From Felis catus (taxonomy: Eukaryota): a stretch of DNA of 64,000 bases. Positions 39,314-51,989 of this stretch are shown in pieces; the stretch's first letter is position 1; each line of letters begins with the position of its first letter. Where the stretch lies: NCBI RefSeq assembly GCF_018350175.1, contig NC_058368.1:191210001-191274000 (forward strand), given 5' to 3'. The notes below the pieces were generated by a model. It searched no databases. It saw only the letters and a program-made list of their open reading frames with translations, and was not told the DNA's origin. The translations under genes were made by a program, and so were the position numbers.

Positions 39314-41991
39314 GAATCTGGAGAGGAATTACAGGTTGAAAATGATGAAGGTCAAGATGATCCAACAGTCTTTTCAAATTATTGCGTCCAGCCACAAGAT
39401 CTCACAAACACTGCCTCTGAGATTTTCCTTATCAAATGTTTTGTACTCTTCTTACCCCTATTACCCTAATACCCACCTTAATCACCTTATGTTTGGAATA
39501 TTACAAAGGGCTCTTACTAAGTCTTCCTTGATTACCGTTTTTTCTGTCCCAAGTTCATCAAAATTCCACTTTCATATTATCACTGACCCACATCAACAGA
39601 ATTTTTCTCCTCTCTATTCAGTAACCTTTTGATAGGTTAATTTCAAACCCTGAATGCTGGTGACCCTAGTCCCTCAATTGGACCACATGGCAACAGTCCA
39701 GTCTAACCTCCATAAACTCCCTAAACTCAATCTTTCATTCACAGCACAAAATCCTCTGTAGACATGCTTGGGCTACCGTTGAGATAACACAAAGTCACTG
39801 CACCGCACATTATTTACATTCTGGCTGCAAGAGACAGACAATAAATAAGTAAATAATTAGATAAACCAGACAGTTTCAGAAAGCCAAGGCCATTAAGAAA
39901 ATAAGCCCATTTGTTCATATTATCCCTCTACTCTCCCTCCTCCTTCACTTTTCGGGCTCTGATAAGGAAGTCTTTTCTATCCATTTACCTGAATCCTACC
40001 ACCCTTCAAGAACTAGCCCAGTCCTCTTTCTTCCATAAAATGCCTCCTGAAACCTTTCCCTTCCCCAATTCTAGTCCTTGGTAACTTCTCTCTTCTCTAA
40101 CGTTTTCGACTTTACAAGCTCCGAGACTCCACAGAGCCTCCGAGCAGCTTTTCCACTGAACATATGGGGCTTTGAAGCACGTTTTATGAAGAAAACAGCT
40201 GTGGCTAAAAGCACAGGCAAAATTGACTTCCTTCCCCTGTTTTATTTCTGTCCCTTGTCTGCTCATTTAATTGGTATGCTCTTCATGGGCAGACACAGGT
40301 CTCCTTCTCTTGTATTTATCATAGCACTAAGCACCAAGAATTGGATTCTCCCACCCAGTGGATCTGTCCAAGGACAGAACACAGAGACCTGGGGCGGCAA
40401 TGTGATGTAATGGAGGTGAGATCAGAGGAGATACAGGAGATAAGCCACCTGCTCCTTCCTGAATTTTCTACAAAACAGGCTTTTGAATTTCATTTATGAA
40501 ATGAAGCAAAAATGGAAGGTGGGGCATTATGGCCATTTCTTAGGAACCTTTACAGTTCAAGAGGCATTTCAGACCATGGCAAGCGGAGAGGTTGGAAAAG
40601 GAAGGCTGTTCCAGGAGGAACAGGTGGAAAGACACCTGTTTCAATGGGATTTTGTTGTTGTTTTTGTTGTTGTTGTTTTTGAGTTATAATTGACATATAA
40701 CATAACTTAGTTTATACAACATAATGATCTGGTATTTATAGATCAAGAATACTTATAGACTATTTATAATAAAAACTGAAAATGCCAGGAAAAGATTACA
40801 CTAAGTCTCTTACAGCTGCAAGCTTCTATGAAGGAGTTCTTCTAAAAAACACATTTTGACGTAGCCATGTCCCCATCTGTTGGGTCTATGGAATCATCCA
40901 GATAACCCACTAGATATTTGTTGCCTTTGCTTCTTACTTTGCCTTTACTTTAAACATAACTTCTTCATGCTCCTAGTTTTTTTTTTTTCTCTTAGAAATT
41001 ATTTAAGAGCAATTATGTGCCTTGTCCTTCTACCACCACCTGGTATAGCTCAAATTTATACTGATTCCTACATTTTAACAATACTCCCTGACAATAGCTT
41101 TATTTTTCTACTCAGGGGTCCAATTCATTAATATTTATGCAATGGGCTCATTTTTAGATCTTTGCCTCCCATCCTTCAAAGGCTGAAACTAAAAGGACAG
41201 GAAATCCTGGTTCTCAGTAGACTAGTTCTGTAAATTTCAGCCCATGCTTTAGCCAGCCGTATTGGGTTTCTCTGGTCCACAACAGTTCAGCAGTGTAAGG
41301 GTATAGTAAGATAGAGCTAGAAAGCACCTGTAATCTACAAACATAACACAAATGGTGTTTGCTCGCTCAGCCTCAATTAATAGATGAAACAACTTCCCTT
41401 GCAAAAAGCCCCCCCCCTTTTTTTTCTTTTACTTCTTTCATTATGTATGCTGAAAATAAAACCTTCTCATCCTAGACTCAGAGTTCAGATGTGGAAAATA
41501 TCATCTCTCTAGCTTTGCTATTCTGAGGAAGATTTAGTTCAATCTTCTAAGGTCAAGCCTGAAAAGAAACGAGTAAATCCTAAAAGTGATCAGGAAGCAA
41601 GCCTATAGAATACAGGCACAGGACCTAACAGATATAATTGACTTCCTGTCTCTTTTACTAGTTGTCCACCCCCCCACCCCGTGTTTTTGTTTTATATTGG
41701 TTTTAGCAGGGTTTTTTGTTTGTTTGTTTGTTTGTTTTGTTTTTTTAACTCCAGGTCCTCAGCTTAAGGCCAAGGATTATATTCTCTTAGCCTTAAAGAA
41801 TAATAGATTAGGCATAATCTGTATAGTGTGAAATAATATGGATAAGCTCCTGGAAAATTTTACTATGGTACAGTTTTTGTTTTTGTTTTTTGCAGGGAGT
41901 ACAGTTCTTATAGACACATTTTTATGGAATATTTTATTTGCTATTGATAATCACACATAAATTTAAAATGTGTCTTTAAGACTAGTGCTTC

Positions 41992-42198
41992 GGGGCGCCT
42001 GGGTGGCGCAGTCGGTTAAGCGTCCGACTTCAGCCAGGTCACGATCTCGCGGTCCATGAGTTCGAGCCCCGCGTCGGGCTCTGGGCTGATGGCTCAGAGC
42101 CTGGAGCCTGTTTCCGATTCTGTGTCTCCCTCTCTCTCTGGCCCTCCCCCGTTCATGCTCTGTCTCTCTCTGTCCCAAAAATAAATAAACGTTGAAAA

Positions 42199-42232
<34 letters not shown>
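41992..42232 (+). mobile_element. Very young SINEC_Fc
   Basis: CpGs largely intact, long pure poly-A; perfect TSD aagactagtgcttc at 41978-41991 and 42233-42246. Confidence 0.98.
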
Positions 42233-42236
<4 letters not shown>

Positions 42237-42344
42237 CTAGTGCTTCGGTGTAGGTGAGGATGAAGTCTTGAACAGATTTTAAATCAATTCTTCCAGGAAT
42301 CCAGACATAGCGCAAAGACACAGGCAGTGTTTTTCTTGGTGGCC

Positions 42345-42558
42345 TTTTTTTTTTTTTTTAATTTTTTAAATGTTTATTTTTGAGACAGAGCACAAGCAGG
42401 GGAGGGGAGACAGACAGGGAGACACAGAATCCAAAGCAGGCTCCAGGCTCTGAGCTGTCAGCACAGAGCTCAAGGCGGGGCTCAAACTCAGGAACCATGA
42501 GATCATGACCTGAGCTGAAGTCAGACACTTAACCAGGCGAGCACCCCAGCACTGCCCC
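42345..42558 (-). mobile_element. Can-SINE
   Basis: Poly-T then reverse SINE body. Confidence 0.95.
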
Positions 42559-43689
42559 CGCCGGGGCCCTCTCCTGTAACTTCATTTTGCTCCCAGAGCA
42601 ACCCTGTGGCACTAATTTTCTACCACAATTAAGTTAACTTAATCAAAATTACTATATGTCACTCTTATTTTTTGGTATTAAAAACATCCTTTCCAGTTAT
42701 AACACCCAGATTATACCTATCAAGACTAAAACAACTGTACTCATGCTATACTTGAATGTACCTTGAATTAGTCACATTGCCCACAGTTCCAAACTTCTTG
42801 ATCTTACTAATTCCGTTCATTAAACCAACATGGAGCCCAGCGTTAATTACACCATTTTCCTTGCCAACACCCATTCTCCATATATCCAATGCTATCAGTT
42901 CTGCTCCCAAGGTGTCTCATCGAAACCGTCGTTAAAAACAAACAACTAAACATTGGAATGACCTTCGATATCACCCACACAATCCTCTCTTCTATCATCT
43001 TATTTTGGGTCTACAGTCCTCTGGCCTCAAAGGCAGGGATATCTTTTGGGCTGCTCCAAATCTTCTCTACAATCCAGTCATCCCCCACCAAACCCAATAC
43101 AAAGAAATCATACTTTAGATTCTTACCAGATTATATTCCTGCTCAAAATTTTTCAATAGGTACCTCACTGCATAATAACTTAAATCCATACTACTTAGCA
43201 CGGCATTCAAGGACATGTAGGAACTGACCCCAGATTTCCCATCTATTCTCATTTTTCCACGGTTTCTAGTCCTGCCCACCTTATATTCCAGGAAGTTACT
43301 TAAACAGGCAGTGGATTGCATGGTGCTCCAAAAGCCTAACTTTTAAAATTATTTACAACAATAAACCCAAGCTACGATTTCAGGATAGTTTTTCTGTAAC
43401 AAGAGTTTGAATTTTATATAGGATTTTATTCACTAGCTTCTTGGAAGAATATATGACTTGAATGGTTTGGTGACAACCATACGCGTAAAGAAAATGATGA
43501 TCTGAGAATATCGCAGCACTCCTTTGGGGAGAAGAGCCAAATGTGGGGTCCATTAACATCTCAAAAGGGGAAAGCAAGAAAAATAACTGCTAAAAAACCA
43601 GTGAAGTGGGAAATGATTCACGGATTGGTTGAAATGGCAGGTGTGGATATTTTCTTTTCTACCAACAATAGCCACAGAAACAATTTCTA

Positions 43690-43890
43690 GTTATTGCCCG
43701 GGAACTGTTTCCAAAGGCACTACATTCCTAAACCTGGGAAGTAGCAGTATTGTTTCTTTGTTTTGCAAATGGAGAAATTCAGGCTGAAAAAAGACAAAGC
43801 ACTCGGTCAAAGCCACAGAACAGCTAACCGCAAAGCTGGGATTTGAACTCAAACTGTGTTGCCTCCAAAGTGTGTGGGGCTTAAAAACAT
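43690..43890 (-). mobile_element. MIR
   Basis: ttttgcaaatggagaaattcaggct...aaagctgggatttgaactcaa. Confidence 0.7.
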
Positions 43891-44429
43891 TAGACTCTTT
43901 TACCTAGCACGCCTTGCCGAGCCACTGCCAACACACGCGTAAAGACAGCCAAATCCAGGTGGCGTTCCTTTCCAGCAGGGTCTGATGTTTGCATCCCGTT
44001 CGGGTTTCTAAGACACCGCTTCTGACAAGTTAAAATAGCTGCACTCAGATTCCTCAGCCTTTCTCCCCCAGCTCTCCAGTCCTTAGTCCTGAAGGGCTGT
44101 ATCCTTGAAATGCCCCTCAAACTCTCTCAGGGCGCAGGACTCCCGGAGCAGAAGGAGAAATTAAATGAACCTGCCCTCCCCTTCCCCCTTCTCGCTTTCT
44201 CTGCTGGGAAACAACCATAATTTATTTAACTTGTGCTCCTCTAGCCAGGGTGTGGGTTTGCTTGTTAAACCTAGTCATTTTCAGCTGGGCCAATTAGCAG
44301 GGGACTCTCCCTCAACAAAATAAAACAACTTCCTTGATTTTCAAAATAACACACACACTTGTAGACATTTGGAAAACTATGGGACAGCACAAAGAAGAAA
44401 ATAAAGATCACCTATAACCACTCTTACAG

Positions 44430-44501
44430 TTTCTACCTTGTTTCTACGCATAGGCAATAGATATTTCTAACCTTGTTTCTACGCATAGGCAATAGATATT
44501 T
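44430..44501. repeat. Tandem duplication, period 35 bp
   Basis: accttgtttctacgcataggcaatagatattt is identical at 44435-44466 and 44470-44501. Confidence 0.97.
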
Positions 44502-44839
44502 ATAAACTAACTTTTCTCATGGCAAATTTCAAAAATACACAAAAGTAGGCAGACTGGAATATAAAGAAATCCAATGTGCCCATCATTCAGCACAATTATT
44601 AATCATGGCCAATGTCATTTCATCTACATCCCTACCATTTCCCCCTTCCTCTCATCTCAGACACCATATCCTTTCAAATGTAAATGTTCCATTATGTACT
44701 TGTGTAAAATAAATGTGCTTTTCATTAATCATAATCTGATAGCATTATTTTACCTACAAATTTAACAATGGTTCCTTCATATCATTAAATATCCCCATTT
44801 AATGGCTGTATTTCCAATTTCTCATGCATTTCTCTTTAA

Positions 44840-45072
44840 TAGGGTTTCTTAAGTGTTTATTTATTTATTTTTTTTGAGAGAGAGAGAGTGAGCGAGCAAG
44901 CATGCACAAGCAGGGGAGGGGCAGAGAGAGAGGGAGACACAGAATCCCAAGCAGGCTCCAGGCCCTGAGCTGTCAGCACAGAACCCAATGCAGGGCTTGA
45001 ACCCACAAACCGTGAGATCATGACCTGAGCTGAACTCAGACGCTTGACTGACTGAGCCACCCAGGAGACCCC
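44840..45072 (-). mobile_element. Can-SINE
   Basis: Reverse SINE; flanks gcatttctcttta / gcatttcttttta. Confidence 0.95.
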
Positions 45073-45159
45073 AAGCATTTCTTTTTAGGTTACTTGTTTG
45101 AATCAGAATAAAATTTAGGTCCACAAGTTGCTATGGGTCAGTGTGTTTCTTAAATCTTA

Positions 45160-45342
45160 CCTCCTCAAAGTGTGTTGGGAGGTGGGGTGGAAGGGAGTGG
45201 CAGAGGCATCACCTGGGAGCTTGTCAGAAATGCAGAACCTCAACCTCCCCCATGCCCCCCCAACCCAGACCAACCAAAGCAGAATATGCATTCTAACAAG
45301 ACCTCAGATGATTTACATGCACATAAAGTTTGAGGCTCACTG
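45160..45342 (-). mobile_element. MER5-family hAT element
   Basis: ggcatcacctgggagcttgtcagaaatgcaga...atgcacataaagtttgagg...cactg. Confidence 0.8.
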
Positions 45343-47387
45343 GTTTTAAGTCTCTTTTAATCTATGGTTTCCCATTCTTGTTTCACCTTTTCATTTAGTA
45401 AATCTTTCCAGGAAAAAAAAAAAAAAAACTAGCTTGTAGGTCTCCTCAAGTTTCACACAGTGTAGCTAATGTTATCCTCATGGTATTGTTTAACCAGCTC
45501 CTGTCTCCTGTATGTAATTTAACATAAATGAGGAATTTATCTAAAGCCTTGATTAGAATCAGGTTCTATTTTAGGGAGGAAGAATACATCACTGGCGGTG
45601 GTGGCTTCTATCAAGAGGCACATACAGTTCAGTTGCCCCTTTTTGTGACGTTAGTAGCCTTAAAGATCATTCTGTAGAACTATTATTTCATTAGGCATTG
45701 TAACATGGTGACATTCTATCTTTCTCCCTCTTGTACAGCGTTAACACTTCTAAGAGCATCTTTTCTTTATCAGCTCTAGGATTCCTCTGAGGCATCATCT
45801 GTACAAGAAAGACAAGATGACTCTTCAATTCTTTCCCTTTATTAGTTTTCAGAATACTGAGTTCGTTCTCAATCAGACTCTAGGGGTGACCAAAAAGCTT
45901 TTGGGATTTTTCTTTTTTTTTTTTTTAGCATTATTAGGAATGCATGGATTTACACATAGTTGATATTTTCCAATCATCTCAATTATTATCTTATTGAAGC
46001 TAAAATCCTTGCATCTTTGGCTCGCAGGATCTCTCATGTTCCCAAGAAGCCTGACTTAACGACAGTCATTTTTTTCTAGCTCTTTTCAGAGGACAGGCTT
46101 ACTAAATATGTTTTGTTTCCAGAGAGAGTCATCATAAGTTCAAAATGATACTTACAAATCAAATTCAGAATGATCGTGATTTTATTTAAACCCATTTGTC
46201 TTATAGTCGGTTTTCAATTCTCATACACCAAACACCCTGGATCTCAGTGACATCAACATAATTCCTCATTTGTCCCTAATGATGGACTTTGAGGTTGTTT
46301 CCTGTTTTTGCTATTACAAATACTGTTGCAATAAATAGCCTTTTGTTTGCATCTTTTGTTTGGCAAATTCATCTTTGGATAAGTTTGAAGAAGTGATTGC
46401 TGTGTCAAATGATAGGCAATACATATACTAATGGGATGCTACTATAATGCAGTGTGTATTTTCACATAATGTTACACTGTGAACATTTTTTACATCATTA
46501 AATAATTTTCTACAGTTTTATTTTTGATGGCTAGAAGATAGACTTTTTAATCATTCCCTGATTACTAGTCATCCAACCTGTTTTCTATGGATCACAGTTT
46601 CAATCATTTTAATGACTATCCGTGTAGATAAGCCACTTGCACGGTTTCAGACCTACTTCCTTAGGAGCTAGTTTGCACCTTCACTTGATGAAACTGCTTT
46701 GAACAACCTCTTAGGCTAAGCAAGTATCAGTCATCACATTCCAGGGATACTGCCAAAACAGCACTTTCAAAGCTAGTTTCAAAGAAAGCCCAATTGATAC
46801 AACTGAATAGCCAATGTAGAACAGCATCTGACCTCAACTTCATCACTAATTCTGATTGATGAATCTAGTCCACACTGTCATTTATAAAAGAGAAGCGTTA
46901 GATTAGATGATTTTATTTAATAAATGTTTTTCCAGCTTTAAAAATGAGTATAATTCTAAGGAGTTTCATATGCTTTCATGTTCTTTGGCATTCTTCAGAA
47001 GTCAGGGCTGTTATTCTACCTATTTATTCTTCTTTTATTATTATTATTCCACTAAGCATCTAATATCACTCGTTACTCTTGGTGAGTTTTATTACCTGCA
47101 TGCTGAATTAACTTTTCAGACTCCCTCCTGGCTGTTGAACTAGAGTGTATGGCTCTGAGTCTAGAAAAGATTCATGCCTAATTTAAGTACTACAAATATT
47201 TATTGACTGCCTCTTATTTACAAGCCACCATGCTTGTTTAAGTGTAATTTTTAGTTAAGTTTGTTAGAAAAGTAAGTTCACTTGAAAATATATAGCCTAA
47301 AAACTGTCCCCTGAAATATCGTTTCTTTACCATCTGACCACAGAACTGGTACAAGAGACAGGGAGTTCTTTAAAACTAGGCCACTAC

Positions 47388-47607
47388 GGGGCGCCTGGGT
47401 GGCTCAGTTGGCTAAGCGGCCGACTTCGGCTCAGGTCATGATCTCACGGTCTGTGAGTTCGAGCCCCGCATCGGGCTCTGTGCTGACAGCTCAGAGCCTG
47501 GAACCTGTTTCAGATTCTGTGTCTCCCTCTCTCTGACCCTCCCCCGTTCATGCTCTGTCTCTCTGTGTCTCAAAAATAAATAAACATTAAAAAAAATTAA
47601 AAAAAAA
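47388..47607 (+). mobile_element. Young SINEC_Fc
   Basis: Perfect TSD aaaactaggccacta at 47372-47386 and 47608-47622. Confidence 0.97.
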
Positions 47608-47954
47608 AAAACTAGGCCACTAGGACTGGGTGAACATAGTTAACAATCTTCATATCCATATTCATCTACAGAAGAAATCTATCTTTAACATAATTTCTAG
47701 TTATGTCCCTGCTCTCAACAGGCTGCCTGAAGCATTAGCTGGAAGTAGAGACAATAATAATCCTGGGCCTTCCATAAAGACATTTCTAGTTTTCTCTGAC
47801 GTCATTTGGAAGAGACCCAATTTAGAGGTGCTCTGCCTAGATATCAAAGACACAGTCCGATGTAAAGAGGAGCCATGTCTGTAATCCAGCTACCAGAGGT
47901 TTGGTCTCCCCAGTCTGTCTAGTGTCTATCAGACACTCCCTTCTTTTATTCTTT

Positions 47955-48152
47955 AAGAAAAGAAAGAAAGAAAAAAAGGAAGGAAAGGAAAGGAAAGGAA
48001 AGGAAAGGAAAGGAAAGGAAAGGAAAGGAAAGGAAAGGAAAGGAAAGAAAGGAAAGGAAAGGAAAGGAAAGGAAAGGAAAGGAAAGGAAAGGAAAGGAAA
48101 GGAAAGGAAAGGAAAGGAAAGGAAAGGAAAGGAAAGGAAAGGAAAGGAAGAG
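47955..48152. repeat. (GGAAA)n pentanucleotide repeat, about 33 units, within a pure purine tract
   Basis: Directly visible. Confidence 0.98.
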
Positions 48153-48184
48153 CCTAGGGGGTGAATTCTTCTGGAGGTCAGTGC

Positions 48185-48230
48185 GGGGGGGGGGGGGGGG
48201 GGGGTGCGGGGGTTGGGGGGGTGGGTGGTG
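48185..48230 (+). repeat. Poly-G (G20) plus further G-tracts
   Basis: Directly visible. Confidence 0.95.
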
Positions 48231-48793
48231 AAGGAAATAAATAAATGGAAGCTGGCAGTGCCAGAGGCAAATCACTGGAGAAAGATTGTTCTCACACATC
48301 ACCAGCAGTCAAACATCTCGTAACTTCTTTGACCACAGGACTCTTACTTTAGATTATTTTTGATGCCATCTCACATATAACAGGAGGAGGGAAGGGTGGT
48401 CCAAATAACTTGATTTTGAAATGTAGAATGTATGGAGGGAAACAAATAAAGACAGACATGTTGGCCAGAGTTTTCTAACTTGAACTATATTTGAGGCAAG
48501 GGGATCTAGCGCAGCTGTACCTTTTTATTCTAAGAAAAAAGAAAGGCCCAGTGTCTCTCTTTGTGTATTCAAAACACAATACAGAATTTCATATACTGAA
48601 AATCAGAATAATTTGAGTTAATGTTTACTTGAAAAATAAAAGTACTATTTAGAAATCAGAAAATTGGTTTTCTGGGATAATAAAATGGAAAATGAATATA
48701 GGTAATTATATGAAAAAGAAAGACCTTTGAAAAGGCATTTATGTGAGCAAATAAATATGAAGGTCTGCTAAAAATATTTGAGATATTAAAATA

Positions 48794-49123
48794 TAATTGA
48801 TTCTTGAAGAAAATACTCTGAAATGTACAGGGCCACTTATACATGGACTTTTCCAATAAATACAGTACAAGGTACAATACTGTAAATGTACTTTCTCCTC
48901 CTTATGATTTTCTTAAAAACATTTTTTCTAGTTCATTTTACTTTAAGAATACAGTATATGATTCATCTCACATACAAAATACTTGTCAATCACTGTTTAT
49001 GTTATTGGTATGGCTTCTGGTCATCAGTAGGCTATTAGTATTTAGACTGTGGGGACTCAAAAGTCATATGTTGATTTTCAAGAGCATGGGGATCAGTGCC
49101 TCTAGCCCCCCATTGTTCAACTG
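48794..49123 (+). mobile_element. Tigger2a-like TcMar-Tigger element
   Basis: ccacttatacatggac...ccttatgattttctt...cagtaggctattagta...ttgttcaactg; TA at both flanks. Confidence 0.85.
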
Positions 49124-49445
49124 TACAGAATATTTGTGATTACCTAGCATCCAAATATCTAGATGCTTATAGATGTTCTTTTTTTTTTTTGAAAAAGAGT
49201 TAATGAAATTATCAGAATATGACCCTGAACATTTCAAAGCTTTTAGAACTTCTATAACCTCTAGACTTATATTTACAATTCCTTCTTTGACATCTTCCCC
49301 CAGATCCATCAAAGGCATCTGGAATTTAGCATGGTGAAACTGAAGAACTAATTTCCCCTTGCAAAATGAATGGTTTTCAGTCTTCCCTAACCTCAGAACA
49401 CAGCCCCAATATCTACCAAGATGCCTAAGTTCAAAACTTGGGAGT

Positions 49446-49930
49446 CTGGGCCAGCTTGATGGGTATATGCCCAGCGCCTTCATACAGAGCCTCTCACTCT
49501 GGAGGGTCCTGCACTTAGAATTTAAAACTCTGAGTTGCTGTCTTTAATTTCTTAATTGGATCTTCCAATTTGTGTTTCGTAAGTGAAGTGTGGTAATAAA
49601 CAATGGAGCATGGCAAGGGCTTAGAGTTTGGCTCACATGTGGTCCTACCTCCTACCATCTTCCTGCCTCCCAGGACAGGTTCTCAGCCTCCCGTTACCTG
49701 TCCCCTAGCATCTGGAGTCTCACCCAGTTTTCCCCTCCGTGTCACTGCCCAGTGGCAGGTGCTCCCCTCTATCCAGGACTGTGACCATTTGGCACTGGTG
49801 GCAGGTAGGACACTGCATTTTTCTCTAGCCCTTCGCCTTCAAAGGGGAGCCAAGAGCAGGTACACAGAGGGTCAAGGCTGAGCATCGCCCCCCAGCACCC
49901 ACTGCAGGCACGAAGGCTTACAGGCCAGGC
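49446..49930 (+). mobile_element. hAT-Tip100 (Zaphod/MER91-like) left-end fragment
   Basis: gggccagcttgatggg...gagggtcctgcactt...tttcttaatt...gtaagtgaagt...acaatggagcatg; right boundary uncertain. Confidence 0.55.
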
Positions 49931-49999
49931 TGGCTGCTTCCCATGCTACAGCCCATCCTCAGAGAGACCTCCCAGATCTCCTTCCTAAGTCTTCCTCCT

Positions 50000-50200
50000 A
50001 CACTGTGCTGTCCCCTTCATGCCCTGTATGCTGTTTTATTCATTTGCTTATTTTTTAACTTTTTTTCTGTCTGCCTCCTCCTCTCTAGGCTGCAAGGTTC
50101 ATGAGGACAACTATGTCTGTTTTCTCAACCAATCTGTATCAGGAGCCTATCTGAGTACTTGAAGTTTAGTGCTCAACAATTATTTATTAAATGAATAAAT
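50000..50200 (+). mobile_element. L2 3' end
   Basis: ctaggctgcaaggttcatgagg...gtgctcaacaattatttattaaatgaat. Confidence 0.7.
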
Positions 50201-50525
50201 ACTCATTACGGTGATAGTATTTAAGGTACTATTATATCATATCAGTTTGCAGCCTTTGAAAGTTGGAAACTTGGGTATACAGTGGATATTCAGTTTACCA
50301 GAAAGCATGTAGATGAATACATATTTGCATATTAATTTTCAAGCCTCAACCCAATCATTGGACTGTTGACCCTGGTACTTATGGATCTTATATTCATGGA
50401 AGAAAGGAAGTACAGTGTTACTTTAGAAGAGTAAGCTAAATTTTGGGATTTATTGGAAATTATCTAGAGAGATAAACTCAAAATCAAACTTGCCTGGGCA
50501 ATTTTTCTCCTCCCCTCCTTCCCTC

Positions 50526-50567
50526 CCTTCCTTCCTTCCTTCCTTCCTTCCTTCCTTCCTTCCTTCC
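50526..50567. repeat. (TTCC)n microsatellite
   Basis: Directly visible. Confidence 0.95.
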
Positions 50568-50701
50568 ATGTTTCCTTTTTAATCACAGTCCATAATACTC
50601 ATCCCTCAAATTTTATAATAAAGTTTAAGAAGGCAAATAAAAATTCTTTTTAAATGAAATGTTTAATACTTACTCAGCTATTTTAGTCTCTGGTAAAAGT
50701 T

Positions 50702-51136
50702 TGTGATAGGCAGAATAGTTATCACCCAAAGTGGTTCAGGTTACAATCCCTGGGACTTTGAAAATATCACACTACACAGCCAAAAGGACTTTGCAATGTG
50801 ACTATGTTAAAGATCTTGGATGAAGAGATTGACCTGGATTATCTAGTTCAAACCAATGTAATGAAAAAGTTTTTATAAGAGGGTCCAATCCAGAGATATT
50901 GGAAGTTGCTACCCTGCTGATTTTGAAGATGCAGGATAGGGACATAAGCCAAGGAATGAAAGTGGCCTCTAGAAGCTTAGAAAAGGCAAGAAAATGGACT
51001 TTCCCCTAGAGCCTCCAGAAGCAAGACATCCCTATTGAGACCTTGATTTTAGGACTTCTGTCCTCCAGAACTGTTGTTGTTTTAAGCCACTAAATTGGTG
51101 GCACATTATTACAGAAGCCATAAAAAAACAATATGG
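50702..51136 (+). mobile_element. MLT1D-like solo LTR
   Basis: tgtgataggcagaata...aaaaggactttgca...cctggattatc...agagcctccagaa...ttttaagccactaaatt. Confidence 0.85.
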
Positions 51137-51611
51137 TTTATTATAATGAGAGTTATATAGTTTATATTTTCATATAAGTATGGAACAGAAGCACAAGTTT
51201 TAAAAAAAGTCATAAAATACTATCTACCCTACTATTTCCTAACGTTGTCTAGGGATCAGATTCAAGTGAGGAATTTAATATAAACATGCTATCTCATGCT
51301 CCTTCCTTGGACATGCTGATTCAAGAATTCTGGTCCAATACAGAAAATGAAGCTTAAGAAAGCGAGAATGGTGTTCCTAAGGCCTCAAAGAGAGTCAATA
51401 GCTGGACAGGTGCAAAACTCTGATTTTCCAACTGCTGGTACCAAGATTACAGTTCCACACTGAGCTCTTATACTGACAGCAAGGGCCTTATAAGCAATAT
51501 ACAGGGATCACAATGTAATTTTTTGATTTTTAAAGATTAAGAAGTTTCAGCAAACCAAGTCCTAAATAAAAATGAGAGGGGGCTATGCTGGACTAAAGAC
51601 TCAGAAGGATC

Positions 51612-51988
51612 TATTATGGACCCATTTTGGGTGCTCCCAGAATTCATATTGAAGCCCTAACCCCAGTGTGGCCGTATTTCGAGATGGGGCTCCTAAGGAA
51701 GAAGTCAAGGTTAAATGATGTCATACGGGTGGGGTTACTGTTCTTACAAAAGACACCAGTGAGCTAGCACCCGGGCTCTCTCCCTGTGAGCACATTCAGA
51801 AAGGCCATGTGAGCACACAGCAAGAAGGTAGTCATCTGCAAGCCAGGAAGAGAGCCACCACCAAAAACTGACCCTGCCAAATCTTGACCTGGGACTTCTA
51901 ACCTCTGGAGCTCTAGAAAATAAAGTCCTGTTATTTAGGACACCCATCCTGTGGTACTTTGTTATGCCAGCCTGAACTGAGTAAGATA
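51612..51988 (+). mobile_element. MLT1A-like solo LTR
   Basis: aattcatattgaagccctaacccc...ggccatgtgagcacacagcaagaagg...tgtggtactttgttatg...taagata. Confidence 0.85.
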
Positions 51989-51989
51989 G

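Larger units (their letters stand above)
44505..46420 (-). mobile_element. Ancient L1 (L1MC-like) 3' region with nested SINE and MER5
   Basis: caaatttcaaaaatacacaaaagtag, gatggactttgaggttgtttcctgtttttgctattacaaa reverse L1 motifs. Confidence 0.65.

Noticed and set aside
39132..39632. Longest ORF (166 aa)
   Set aside because: Begins inside a SINE at a non-ATG codon and continues into low-information sequence; no recognisable domain
41431..41558. Strong minus-strand acceptor (cgtttcttttcag| at 41559)
   Set aside because: No convincing donor nearby (only AAG|gtttta or GAA|gtaaaa), so not called as an exon
47901..48302. KERKG and FLSFP repeat ORFs
   Set aside because: Read-through of the (GGAAA)n microsatellite
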